Shown piece after piece: positions 36,001-51,000 of a DNA stretch of 64,000 nt. The position numbers and the translations under genes are program-made. This DNA is from Eledone cirrhosa. Lineage: Eukaryota. The number at the start of each line of letters is the position of its first letter. The stretch's first letter is position 1. The stretch spans positions 44,826,001-44,890,000 of the forward strand of contig OZ024742.1 of the NCBI GenBank assembly GCA_964016885.1. The letters run 5' to 3'. The notes beneath the pieces are model-generated. The model searched no databases and was not told the origin of the DNA. It worked only from the letters and a program-made list of their open reading frames with translations.

Positions 36001-39000
36001 CTATAGCACCCCTAAGACTCCATCATGTGTTATATGGCCAAAACATGCTGTATGTCACTATAGCACCCCTAAGACTCCATCATGTGTTATATGGCCAAAA
36101 CATGCTGTATGTCACTATAGCACCCCTATGACTCAATCATGTGTTATATGGCCAAAACATGCTGTACATCACTATAGCACCCCTATGACTCAATCATGTG
36201 TTATATGCCCAAAACATGCTGTATGTCACTATAGCACCCCTAAGACTCCATCATGTGTTATATGGCCAAAACATGCTGTATGTCACTATAGCACCCCTAA
36301 GACTCCATCATGTGTTATATGACCAAAACATGCTGTATGTCACTATAGCACCCCTATGACTCAATCATGTGTTACATGGCCCAAACATGCTGTATGTCAC
36401 TATAGCAGCCCCATGACTCCTTCATGTGTTATATGGCCAAAACATACTGTATGTCACTATAGCACACCTATGACTCCATCATGTGTTATATGGCCAAAAC
36501 ATACTGTATGTCACTATAGCACACCTATGACTCCATCATGTGTTATATGACGAAAACATGCTGTATGTCACTATAGCAGCCCTATGACTCAATCATGTGT
36601 TATATGGCCAAAACATGCTGTATGTCACTATAGCACCCCTATTACTCAATCATGTGTTATATGGCCAAAATATGCTGTATGTCACTATAGCACCCCTATG
36701 ACTCAATCATGTGTTATATGCCCAAAACATGCTGTATGTCAATATAGCACCCCTATGACTCCATCATGTGTTATATTGCCAAAACATGCTGTATGTCACT
36801 ATAGCACCCCTAAGACTCCATCATGTGTTATATGACCAAAACATTCTGTATGTCACTATAGCACCCCTAAGAATCCATCATGTGTTATATGCCCAAAACA
36901 TGCTGTATGTCACTATAGAACCCCTAAGACTCAATCATGTGTTATATGGCCAAAACATGCTGTATGTCACTATAGCACCCCTAAGACTCCATCATGTGTT
37001 ATATGGCCAATACATGCTGTATGTCACTATAGCGCCCCTAAGACTCCATCATGTGTTATATGGCCAAAACATGCTGTATGTCACTATAGCACCCGTATGA
37101 TTTAATCATGTGTTATATGGCCAAAACATGCTGTATGTCACTATAGCACCCGTATGATTCAATCATGTGTTATATGGCCAAAACATGCTGTATGTCACTA
37201 TAGCACCCCTAAGACTCCATCATGTGTTATATGGCCAAAACATGCTGTATGTCACTATAGCAGCCCTATGACTCCATCATATGTTATATGACCAAAACAT
37301 GGTGTATGTCACTATAGCACCCCTATGACTCTATCAGATGTTATATGGCCAAAACATGCTGTATGTCACTATAGCAGCCCTATGACTCCATCATGTGTTA
37401 TATGGCCAAAACATGCGGTATGTCACTATAGCACCCCTAAGACTCCATCATGTGTTATATGACCAAAACATGCTGTATGTCACTATAGCAGCCCTATGAC
37501 TCAATCATGTGTTATATGGCCAAAACATGCTGTATGTCACTATAGCACCCCTATGACTCAATCATGTGTTATGTGGCCAAAACATGCTGTATGTCACTAT
37601 AGCAGCCCTATGACTCAATCATGTGTTATATGCCCAAAACATGTTGTATGTCACTATAACACCCCTAAGACTCCATCATGTGTTATATGGGCAAAACATG
37701 CTGTATGTCACTATAGCACCCCTAAGACTCCATCATGTGTTATATGGCCAAAACATGCTGTATGTCACAATAGCACCGCTATGACTCAATCATGTGTTAT
37801 ATGGCCAAAACATGCTGTATGTCACTATAGCACCCCTATGACTCAATCATGTGTTATATGGGCAAAACATGCTGTATGCCACTATAGCACCCCTATGACT
37901 CAATCATGTGTTATATGTCCAAAACATGCTGTATGTCACTATAGCACCCCTATGACTCAATCGTGTGTTATATGGCCAAAACATGCTGTATGTCACTATA
38001 GCACCTCTAAGACTCGATCATGTGTTATATGGCCAAAACATGCTGTATGTCACTATAGCAGCCCTATGACTCAATCATGTGTTATATGGCCAAAACATGC
38101 TGTATGTCACTATAGCACCCCTATGACTCAATCATGTGTTATATGGCCAAAACTTGCTGTATGACACTATAGCAGCCCTATGACTCAATCATGTGTTATA
38201 TGGCCAAAACATGCTGTATGTCACTATAGCACCCCTAAGACTCCATCATGTGTTATATGGCCAAAACATGCTGTATGTCACTATAGCACCCCTATGACTC
38301 AATCATGTGTTATATGACCAAAACATGCTGTATGTCACTATAGCACCCCTAAGACTTCATCATGTGTTATATGACCAAAACATGCTGTATGTCACTATAG
38401 CACCCCTAAGACTCCATCATGTGTTATATGCCCAAAACATGCTGTATGTCACTATAGCACCCCTAAGACTCCATCATGTGTTATATGGCCAAAACATGCT
38501 GTATGTCCCTATAGCAGCCCCATGACTCCATCATGTGTTGTATGGGCAAAACATGCTGTATGTCACTATAGCACCCCTAAGACTCCATCATGTGTTATAT
38601 GGCCAAAACATGCTGTATGTCACTATAGCACCCCTATGACTCAATCATGTGTTATATGGCCAAAACATGCTGTATATCACTATAGCACCCCTATGACGAA
38701 ATCATGTGTTATATGCCCAAAACATGCTGTATGTCACTATAGCACCCCTAAGACTCCATCATGTGTTATATGGCCAAAACATGCTGTATGTCACTATAGC
38801 ACCCCTAAGACTCCATCATGTGTTGTATGGGCAAAACATGCTGTATGTCACTATAGCACCCCTAAGACTCCATCATGTGTTATATGGCCAAAACATGCTG
38901 TATGTCACTATAGCACCCCTATGACTCAATCATGTGTTATATGGCCAAAACATGCTGTATATCACTATAGCACCCCTATGACGCAATCATGTGTTATATG

Positions 39001-42000
39001 CCCAAAACATGCTGTATGTCACTATAGCACCCCTAAGACTCCATCATGTGTTATATGGCCAAAACATGCTGTATGTCACTATAGCACCCCTAAGACTCCA
39101 TCATGTGTTATATGACCAAAACATGCTGTATGTCACTATAGCACCCCTATGACTCAATCATGTGTTACATGGCCCAAACATGCTGTATGTCACTATAGCA
39201 GCCCCATGACTCCTTCATGTGTTATATGGCCAAAACATACTGTATGTCACTATAGCACACCTATGACTCCATCATGTGTTATATGGCCAAAACATGCTGT
39301 ATGTCACTATAGCACACCTATGACTCCATCATGTGTTATATGGCCAAAACATGCTGTATGTCACTATAGCACCCCTATGACTCAATCATGTGTTATATGA
39401 CCAAAACATGCTGTATGTCACTATAGCACCCCTATGACTCAATCATGTGTTATATGGCCAAAACATGCTGTATGTCACTATAGCAGCCCTATGACTCAAT
39501 CATGTGTTATATGGCCAAAACATGCTGTATGTCACTATAGCACCCCTAAGACTCCATCATGTGTTATATGGCCAAAACATGCTGTATGTCACTATAGCAC
39601 CCCTATGACTCAATCATGTGTTATATGGCCAAAACATGCTGTATGTCACTATAGCAGCCCTATGACTCCATCATGTGTTATATGGCCAAAACATGCTGTA
39701 TGTCACTATAGCACCCCTATGACTCAATCATGTGTTATATGGCCAAAAGATGCTGTATGTCACTATAGCACCCCTATGACTCAATCATGTGTTATATGAC
39801 CAAAACATGCTGTATGTCACTATAGCACACCTAAGACGCCATCATGTGTTATATGGCCAAAACATGCTGTATGTCACTATAGCACCCCTATGACTCAATC
39901 ATGTGTTATATGGCCAAAACATGGTGTATGTCACTATAGCACCCCTATGACTCAATCATGTGTTATATGGCCAAAACATGGTGTATGTCACTATAGCAGC
40001 TCTATGACTCAATCATGTGTTATATGACCAAAACATGCTGTATGTCACTATAGCACCCCTATGACTCCATCAGATATTATATGGCCAAAACATGCTATAT
40101 GTCACTATAGCAGCCCTATGACTCAATCATGTGTTATGTGGCCAAAACATGCTGTATGTCACTATAGCAGCCCTATGACTCAATCATGTGTTATGTGGCC
40201 AAAACATGCTGTATGTCACTATAGCACCCCTATGACTCAATCATGTGTTATGTAGCCAAAACATGCTGTATGTCACTATAGCAGCCCTATGACTCCATCA
40301 GATGTTATATGGCCAAAACATGCTGTATGTCACTATAGCACCCCTAAGACTGCATCATGTGTTATATGACGAAAACATGCTGTATGTCACTATAGCAGCC
40401 CTATGACTCAATCATGTGTTATATGGCCAAAACATGCTGTATGTCACTATAGCACCCCTATGACTCAATCATGTGTTATATGGCCAAAATATGCTGTATG
40501 TCACTATAGCACCCCTATGACTCAATCATGTGTTATATGCCCAAAACATGCTGTATGTCAATATAGCACCCCTATGACTCCATCATGTGTTATATTGCCA
40601 AAACATGCTGTATGTCACTATAGCACCCCTAAGACTCCATCATGTGTTATATGACCAAAACATTCTGTATGTCACTATAGCACCCCTAAGAATCCATCAT
40701 GTGTTATATGCCCAAAACATGCTGTATGTCACTATAGAATCCCTAAGACTCAATCATGTGTTATATGGCCAAAACATGCTGTATGTCACTATAGCACCCC
40801 TATGACTCAATCATGTGTTATATGCCCAAAACATGCTGTATGTCACTATAGCACCCCTAAGACTCCATCATGTGTTATATGGCCAATACATGCTGTATGT
40901 CACTATAGCACCCCTAAGACTCCATCATGTGTTATATGGCCAAAACATGCTGTATGTCACTATAGCACCCGTATGATTCAATCATGTGTTATATGGCCAA
41001 AACATGCTGTATGTCACTATAGCACCCGTATGATTCAATCATGTGTTATATGGCCAAAACATGCTGTATGTCACTATAGCACCCCTAAGACTCCATCATG
41101 TGTTATATGGCCAAAACATGCTGTATGTCACTATAGCAGCCCTATGACTCCATCATATGTTATATGACCAAAACATGGTGTATGTCACTATAGCACCCCT
41201 ATGACTCTATCAGATGTTATATGGCCAAAACATGCTGTATGTCACTATAGCAGCCCTATGACTCCATCATGTGTTATATGGCCAAAACATGCAGTATGTC
41301 ACTATAGCACCCCTAAGACTCCATCATGTGTTATATGACCAAAACATGCTGTATGTCACTATAGCAGCCCTATGACTCAATCATGTGTTATATGGCCAAA
41401 ACATGCTGTATGTCACTATAGCACCCCTATGACTCAATCATGTGTTATGTGGCCAAAACATGCTGTATGTCACTATAGCAGCCCTATGACTCAATCATGT
41501 GTTATATGCCCAAAACATGTTGTATGTCACTATAACACCCCTAAGACTCCATCATGTGTTATATGGGCAAAACATGCTGTATGTCACTATAGCACCCCTA
41601 AGACTCCATCATGTGTTATATGGCCAAAACATGCTGTATGTCACTATAGCACCGCTATGACTCAATCATGTGTTATATGGCCAAAACATGCTGTATGTCA
41701 CTATAGCACCCCTATGACTCAATCATGTGTTATATGGCCAAAACATGCTGTATGCCACTATAGCACCCCTATGACTCAATCATGTGTTATATGTCCAAAA
41801 CATGCTGTATGTCACTATAGCACCCCTATGACTCAATCGTGTGTTATATGGCCAAAACATGCTGTATGTCACTATAGCACCTCTAAGACTCGATCATGTG
41901 TTATATGGCCAAAACATGCTGTATGTCACTATAGCAGCCCTATGACTCAATCATGTGTTATATGGCCAAAACATGTTGTATGTCACTATAGCAGCCCTAT

Positions 42001-45000
42001 GACTACATCATGTGTTATATGGCCAAAACATGCTGTATGTCACTATAGCACCCCTAAGACTCCATCATGTGTTATATGGCCAAAACATGCTGTATGTCAC
42101 TATAGCAGACCTATGACTCAATCATGTGTTATATGACCAAAACATGCTGTATGTCACTATAGCAGCCCTAAGACTCGATCATGTGTTATATGGCCAAAAC
42201 ATGCTGTATGTCACTATAGCACCCCTATGACTCCATCAGATATTATATGGCCAAAACATGCTGTATGTCACTATAGCACCCCTATGACTCAATCATGTGT
42301 TATGTGGCCAAAACATGCTGTATGTCACTATAGCAGCCCTATGACTCAATCATGTGTTATATGCCCAAAACATGTTGTATGTCACTATAACACCCCTAAG
42401 ACTCCATCATGTGTTATATGGGCAAAACATGCTGTATGTCACTATAGCACCCCTAAGACTCCATCATGTGTTATATGGCCAAAACATGCTGTATGTCACT
42501 ATAGCACCCCTATGACTCAATCATGTGTTATATGGCCAAAACATGCTGTATGTCACTATAGCACCCCTATGACTCAATCATGTGTTATATGGCCAAAACA
42601 TGCTGTATGCCACTATAGCACCCCTATGACTCAATCATGTGTTATATGTCCAAAACATGCTGTATGTCACTATAGCACCCCTATGACTCAATCATGTGTT
42701 ATATGGCCAAAACATGCTGTATGTCACTATAGCACCTCTAAGACTCGATCATGTGTTATATGGCCAAAACATGCTGTATGTCACTATAGCAGCCCTATGA
42801 CTCAATCATGTGTTATATGGCCAAAACATGCTGTATGTCACTATAGCAGCCCTATGACTACATCATGTGTTATATGGCCAAAACATGCTGTATGTCACTA
42901 TAGCACCCCTAAGACTCCATCATGTGTTATATGGCCAAAACATGCTGTATGTCACTATAGCACCCCTATGACTCCATCAGATATTATATGGCCAAAACAT
43001 GCTGTATGTCACTATAGCAGCCCTATGACTCAATCGTGTGTTATATGCCCAAGACATGCTGTATGTCACTATAGCAGCCCTATGACTCCATCAGATGTTA
43101 TATGGCCAAAACATGCTGTATGTCACTATAGCACCCCTAAGACTCCATCATGTGTTATATGACCAAAACATGCTGTATGTCACTATAGCACCCCTATGAC
43201 TCAATCATGTGTTATATGGCCAAAACATGCTGTATGTCACTATAGCAGCCCTATGACTCTATCATGTGTTATATGGCCAAAACATGCTGTATGTCACTAT
43301 AGCACCCCTGTGTCTCAATCATGTGTTATATGGCCAAAATATGCTGTATGTCACTATAGCACCCCTATGACTCAATCTTGTGTTATATGGCCAAAACATG
43401 CTGTATGTCACTATAGCACCCCTAAGACTCCATCATGTGTTATATGGCCAAAACATGCTGTATGTCACTATAGCACCGCTATGACACAATCATGTGTTAT
43501 ATGGCCAAAAAATGCTGTATGTCACTATAGCACCCCTAAGACTCCATCATGTGTTATATGACCAAAACATGCTGTATGTCACTATAGCACCCCTAAGACT
43601 CCATCATGTGTTATATGCCCAAAACATGCTGTATGTCACTATAGCACCCCTAAGATTCCATCATGTGTTATATGACCAAAACATGCTGTATGTCACTATA
43701 GCACCCCTATGACTCCATCAGATGTTATATGGCCAAAACATGCTGTATGTCACTATAGCAGCCCTATGACTCAATCATGTGTTACATGGCCCAAACATGC
43801 TGTATGTCACTATAGTAGCCCTATGACTCCATCATGTGTTATATGGCCAAAACATGCTGTATGTCACTATAGCACGCCTATGACTCCATCATGTGTTATA
43901 TGGCCAAAACATGCTGTATGTCACTATAGCACCCCTTAGACTCCATCATGTGTTATATGGCCAAAACATGCTGTATGTCACTATAGCAGCCCTATGACTC
44001 CATCATGTGTTATATGGCCAAAACATGCTGTATGTCACTATAGCAGCCCTATGACTCAATCATGTGTTATATGGCCAAAACATGTTGTATGTCACTATAG
44101 CAGCCCTATGACTACATCATGTGTTATATGGCCAAAACATGCTGTATGTCACTATAGCACCCCTAAGACTCCATCATGTGTTATATGGCCAAAACATGCT
44201 GTATGTCACTATAGCAGACCTATGACTCAATCATGTGTTATATGACCAAAACATGCTGTATGTCACTATAGCAGCCCTAAGACTCGATCATGTGTTATAT
44301 GGCCAAAACATGCTGTATGTCACTATAGCACCCCTATGACTCCATCAGATATTATATGGCCAAAACATGCTGTATGTCACTATAGCACCCCTATGACTCA
44401 ATCATGTGTTATGTGGCCAAAACATGCTGTATGTCACTATAGCAGCCCTATGACTCAATCATGTGTTATATGCCCAAAACATGTTGTATGTCACTATAAC
44501 ACCCCTAAGACTCCATCATGTGTTATATGGGCAAAACATGCTGTATGTCACTATAGCACCCCTAAGACTCCATCATGTGTTATATGGCCAAAACATGCTG
44601 TATGTCACTATAGCACCCCTATGACTCAATCATGTGTTATATGGCCAAAACATGCTGTATGTCACTATAGCACCCCTATGACTCAATCATGTGTTATATG
44701 GCCAAAACATGCTGTATGCCACTATAGCACCCCTATGACTCAATCATGTGTTATATGTCCAAAACATGCTGTATGTCACTATAGCACCCCTATGACTCAA
44801 TCATGTGTTATATGGCCAAAACATGCTGTATGTCACTATAGCACCTCTAAGACTCGATCATGTGTTATATGGCCAAAACATGCTGTATGTCACTATAGCA
44901 GCCCTATGACTCAATCATGTGTTATATGGCCAAAACATGCTGTATGTCACTATAGCAGCCCTATGACTACATCATGTGTTATATGGCCAAAACATGCTGT

Positions 45001-48000
45001 ATGTCACTATAGCACCCCTAAGACTCCATCATGTGTTATATGGCCAAAACATGCTGTATGTCACTATAGCACCCCTATGACTCCATCAGATATTATATGG
45101 CCAAAACATGCTGTATGTCACTATAGCAGCCCTATGACTCAATCGTGTGTTATATGCCCAAGACATGCTGTATGTCACTATAGCAGCCCTATGACTCCAT
45201 CAGATGTTATATGGCCAAAACATGCTGTATGTCTCTATAGCACCCCTAAGACTCCATCATGTGTTATATGACCAAAACATGCTGTATGTCACTATAGCAC
45301 CCCTAAGACTGCATCATGTGTTATATGACCAAAACATGCTGTATGTCACTATAGCAGCCCTATGACTCTATCATGTGTTATATGGCCAAAACATGCTGTA
45401 TGTCACTATAGCACCCCTGTGACTCAATCATGTGTTATATGGCCAAAATATGCTGTATGTCACTATAGCACCCCTATGACTCAATCTTGTGTTATATGGC
45501 CAAAACATGCTGTATGTCACTATAGCACCCCTAAGACTCCATCATGTGTTATATGGCCAAAACATGCTGTATGTCACTATAGCACCGCTATGACACAATC
45601 ATGTGTTATATGGCCAAAAAATGCTGTATGTCACTATAGCACCCCTAAGACTCCATCATGTGTTATATGACCAAAACATGCTGTATGTCACTATAGCACC
45701 CCTAAGACTCCATCATGTGTTATATGCCCAAAACATGCTGTATGTCACTATAGCACCCCTAAGATTCCATCATGTGTTATATGACCAAAACATGCTGTAT
45801 GTCACTATAGCACCCCTATGACTCCATCAGATGTTATATGGCCAAAACATGCTGTATGTCACTATAGCAGCCCTATGACTCAATCATGTGTTACATGGCC
45901 CAAACATGCTGTATGTCACTATAGTAGCCCTATGACTCCATCATGTGTTATATGGCCAAAACATGCTGTATGTCACTATAGCACGCCTATGACTCCATCA
46001 TGTGTTATATGGCCAAAACATGCTGTATGTCACTATAGCACCCCTTAGACTCCATCATGTGTTATATGGCCAAAACATGCTGTATGTCACTATAGCAGCC
46101 CTATGACTCAATCATGTGTTATATGGCCAAAACATGCTGTATGTCACTATAGCACCCGTATGACTCAATCATGTGTTATATGGCCAAAACATGCTGTATG
46201 TCACTATAGCACCCCTATGACACAATCATGTGTTATATGGCCAAAACATGCTGTATGTCACTATAGCACCCCTATGACTCAATCATGTGTTATGTGGCCA
46301 AAACATGCTGTATGTCACTATAGCACCCCTAAGACTCCATCATGTGTTATATGGGCAAAACATGCTGTAAGTCACTATAGCACCCCTAAGACTCCATCAT
46401 GTGTTATATGGCCAAAACATGCTGTATGTCACTATAGCACCCCTATGACTCCATCAGATAATATATGGCCAAAACATGCTGTATGTCACTATAGCAGGCC
46501 TATGACTCAATCATGTGTTATATGGCCAAAACATGCTGTATGTCACTATAGCACCCCTAAGACTTCATCATGTGTTATATGACCAAACCATGCTGTATGT
46601 CACTATAGCACCCCTAAGACTCCATCATGTGTTATATGCCCAAAACATGCTGTATGTCACTATAGCACCCCTAAGACTCCATCATGTGTTATAGGGCCAA
46701 AACATGCTGTATGTCACTATAGCAGCCCTATGACTCCATCATGCGTTATATGGCCAAAACATGCTGTATGTCACTATAGCACCCCTATGACTCCATCATG
46801 TGTTATATGGCCAAAACATGCTGTATGTCACTATAGCACCCTTAAGACTCCATCATGTGTTATATGGCCAAAACATGCTGTATGTCACTATAGCAGCCAT
46901 ATGACTCAATCATATGTTATATGGCCAAAACATGCTGTATGTCACTATAGCACCCCTAAGACTCCATCATGTGTTATATGGCCAAAACATGCTGTATGTC
47001 ACTATAGCACCCCTATGACTCAATCATGTGTTATATGGCCAAAACATGCTGTATGTCACTATAGCACCCCTAAAATTCCATCATGTGTTGTATGGGCAAA
47101 ACATGCTGTATGTCACTATAGCACCCCTAAGACTCCATCATGTGTTATATGGCCAAAACATGCTGTATGTCACTATAGCACCCCTAAGACTCAATCATGT
47201 GTTATATGGCCAAAACATGCTGTATGTCACTATAGCACCCCTAAGACTCCATCATGTGTTATATGACCAAAACATGCTGTATGTCACTATAGCACCCCTA
47301 AGACTCCATCATGTGTTATATGCCCAAAACATGCTGTATGTCACTATAGCACCCCTAAGACTCCATCATGTGTTATATGGCCAAAACATGCTGTATGTCA
47401 CTATAGCACTCCTATGACTCCATCATGTGTTATATGACCAAAACATGGTGTATGTCACTATAGCAGCCCTATGACTCAAACATGTGTTATATGACCAAAA
47501 CATGCTGTATGTCACTATAGCACCCCTATGACTCCATCAGATATTATATGGCCAAAACATGCTGTATGTCACTATAGCAGCCCTATGACTCAATCATGTG
47601 TTATATGGCCAAAACATGCTGTATGTCACCATAGCAGCCCTATGACTCCATCATGTGTTATATGGCCAAAACATGCTGTATGTCACTATAGCACCTCTAT
47701 GACTCCATCATGTGTTATATGGCCAAAACATGCTGTATGTCACTATAGCACCCCTAAGACTCCATCATGTGTTATATGGCCAAAACATGCTGTGTGTCAC
47801 TATAGCACCCCTATGACTCCATCAGATATTATATGGCCAAAACATGCTGTATGTCACTATAGCACCCCTAAGACTCAATCATGTGTTATATGGCCAAAAC
47901 ATGGTGTATGTCACTATAGCAGCCCTATGACTCAATCATGTGTTATATGCCCAAAACATGCTGTATGTCACTATAGCAGCCCTATGACTCAATCATGTTT

Positions 48001-51000
48001 TATATGGCCAAAACATGCTGTATGTCACTATAGCACCCCTATGACTCAATCATGTGTTATATGGCCAAAACATGCTGTATGTCACTATAGCACCCCTATG
48101 ACGCAATCATGTGTTATATGGCCAAAACATGCTGTATGTCACTATAGCACCCCTAAGACTTCATCATGTGTTATATGACCAAAACATGCTGTATGTCACT
48201 ATAGCACCCCTAAGACTCCATCATGTGTTATATGCCCAAAACATGCTGTATGTCACTATAGCACCCCTAAGACTCCATCATGTGTTATATGGCCAAAACA
48301 TGCTGTATGTCCCTATAGCAGCCCCAAGGCTCCATCATGTGTTGTATGGGCAAAACATGCTGTATGTCACTATAGCACCCCTAAGACTCCATCATGTGTT
48401 ATATGGCCAAAACATGCTGTATATCACTATAGCACCCCTATGACTCAATCATGTGTTATATGGGCAAAACATGCTGTATATCACTATAGCACCCCTATGA
48501 CTCAATCATGTGTTATATGCCCAAAACATGCTGTATGTCACTATAGCACCCCTAAGACTCCATCATGTGTTATATGGCCAAAACATGCTGTATGTCACTA
48601 TAGCACCCCTAAGACTCCATCATGTGTTATATGACCAAAACATGCTGTATGTCACTATAACAGCCCTATGACTCAATCATGTGTTACATGGCCCAAACAT
48701 GCTGTATGTCACTATAGCAGCCCCATGACTCCTTCATGTGTTATATGGCCAAAACATGCTGTATGTCACTATAGCACACCTATGACTCCATCATGTGTTA
48801 TATGGCCAAAACATGCTGTATGTCACTATAGCACACCTATGACTCCATCATGTGTTATATGGCCAAAACATGCTGTATGTCACTATAGCACCCCTAAGAT
48901 GCCATCATCTGTTATATGGCCAAAACATGCTGTATGTCACTATAGCAGCCCTATGACTCAATCATGTGTTATATGACCAAAACATGGTGTATGTCACTAT
49001 AGCACCCCTATGACTCCATCAGATGTTATATGGCCAAAACATGCTGTATGTCACTATAGCAGCCCTATGACTCAATCATGTGTTACATGGGCCAAACATG
49101 CTGTATGTCACTATAGCAGCCCCATGACTCCTTCATGTGTTATATGGCCAAAACATGCTGTATGTCACTATAGCACACCTATGACTCCATCATGTGTTAT
49201 ATGGCCAAACCATGCTGTATGTCACTATAGCACCCCTTAGACTCCATCATGTGTTATATGGCCAAAACATGCAGTATGTCACTAGAGCACCCCTATGACT
49301 CAATCATGTGTTATATGGCCAAAACATGCTGTATGTCACTATAGCACCCCTATGACTCAATCATGTGTTATATGGCCAAAACATGCTGTATGTCACTATA
49401 GCACCCCTATGACTCAATCATGTGTTATGTGGCCAAAACATGCTGTATGTCACTATAGCACCCCTAAGACTCCATCATGTGTTATATGGGCAAAACAAGC
49501 TGTAAGTCACTATAGCACCCCTAAGACTCCATCATGTGTTATATGGCCAAAACATGCTGTGTGTCACTATAGCACCCCTATGACTCCATCAGATATTATA
49601 TGGCCAAAACATGCTGTATGTCACTATAGCAGCCCTATGACTCAATCATGTGTTATATGGCCAAAACATGCTGTATGTCACTATAGCACCCCTATGACGC
49701 AATCATGTGTTATATGGCCAAAACATGCTGTATGTCACTATAGCACCCCTAAGACTTCATCATGTGTTATATGACCAAAACATGCTGTATGTCACTATAG
49801 CACCCCTAAGACTCCATCATGTGTTATATGCCCAAAACATGCTGTATGTCACTATAGCACCCCTAAGACTCCATCATGTGTTATATGGCCAAAACATGCT
49901 GTATGTCCCTATAGCAGCTCCATGACTCCATCATGTGTTGTATGGGCAAAACATGCTGTATGTCACTATAGCACCCCTAAGACTCCATCATGTGTTATAT
50001 GGCCAAAACATGCTGTATGTCACTATAGCACCCCTAAGACTCCATCATGTGTTATATGGCCAAAACATGCTGTATGTCAATATAGCACCCCTATGATTCA
50101 ATCATATGTTATATGGCCAAAACATGCTGTATGTCACTATAGCACCCCTAAGACTCCATCATGTGTTATATGGCCAAAACATGCTGTATGTCACTATAGC
50201 AGCCCTATGACTCAATCATGTGTTATATGACCAAAACATGGTGTATGTCACTATAGCACCCCTATGACTCCATCAGATGTTATATGGCCAAAACATGCTG
50301 TATGTCACTATAGCAGCCCTATGACTCAATCATGTGTTACATGGCCCAAACATGCTGTATGTCACTATAGCACCCTTAAGACTCCATCATGTGTTATATG
50401 GCCAAAACATGCTGTATGTCACTATAGCAGCCCTATGACTCAATCATATGTTATATGGCCAAAACATGCTGTATGTCACTATAGCACCCCTAAGACTCCA
50501 TCATGTGTTATATGGCCAAAACATGCTGTATGTCACTATAGCACCCCTATGACTCAATCATGTGTTATATGGCCAAAACATGCTGTATGTCACTATAGCA
50601 CCCCTAAAATTCCATCATGTGTTGTATGGGCAAAACATGCTGTATGTCACTATAGCACCCCTAAGACTCCATCATGTGTTATATGGCCAAAACATGCTGT
50701 ATGTCACTATAGCACCCCTAAGACTCAATCATGTGTTATATGGCCAAAACATGCTGTATGTCACTATAGCACCCCTAAGACTCCATCATGTGTTATATGA
50801 CCAAAACATGCTGTATGTCACTATAGCACCCCTAAGACTCCATCATGTGTTATATGCCCAAAACATGCTGTATGTCACTATAGCACCCCTAAGACTCCAT
50901 CATGTGTTATATGGCCAAAACATGCTGTATGTCACTATAGCACTCCTATGACTCCATCATGTGTTATATGACCAAAACATGGTGTATGTCACTATAGCAG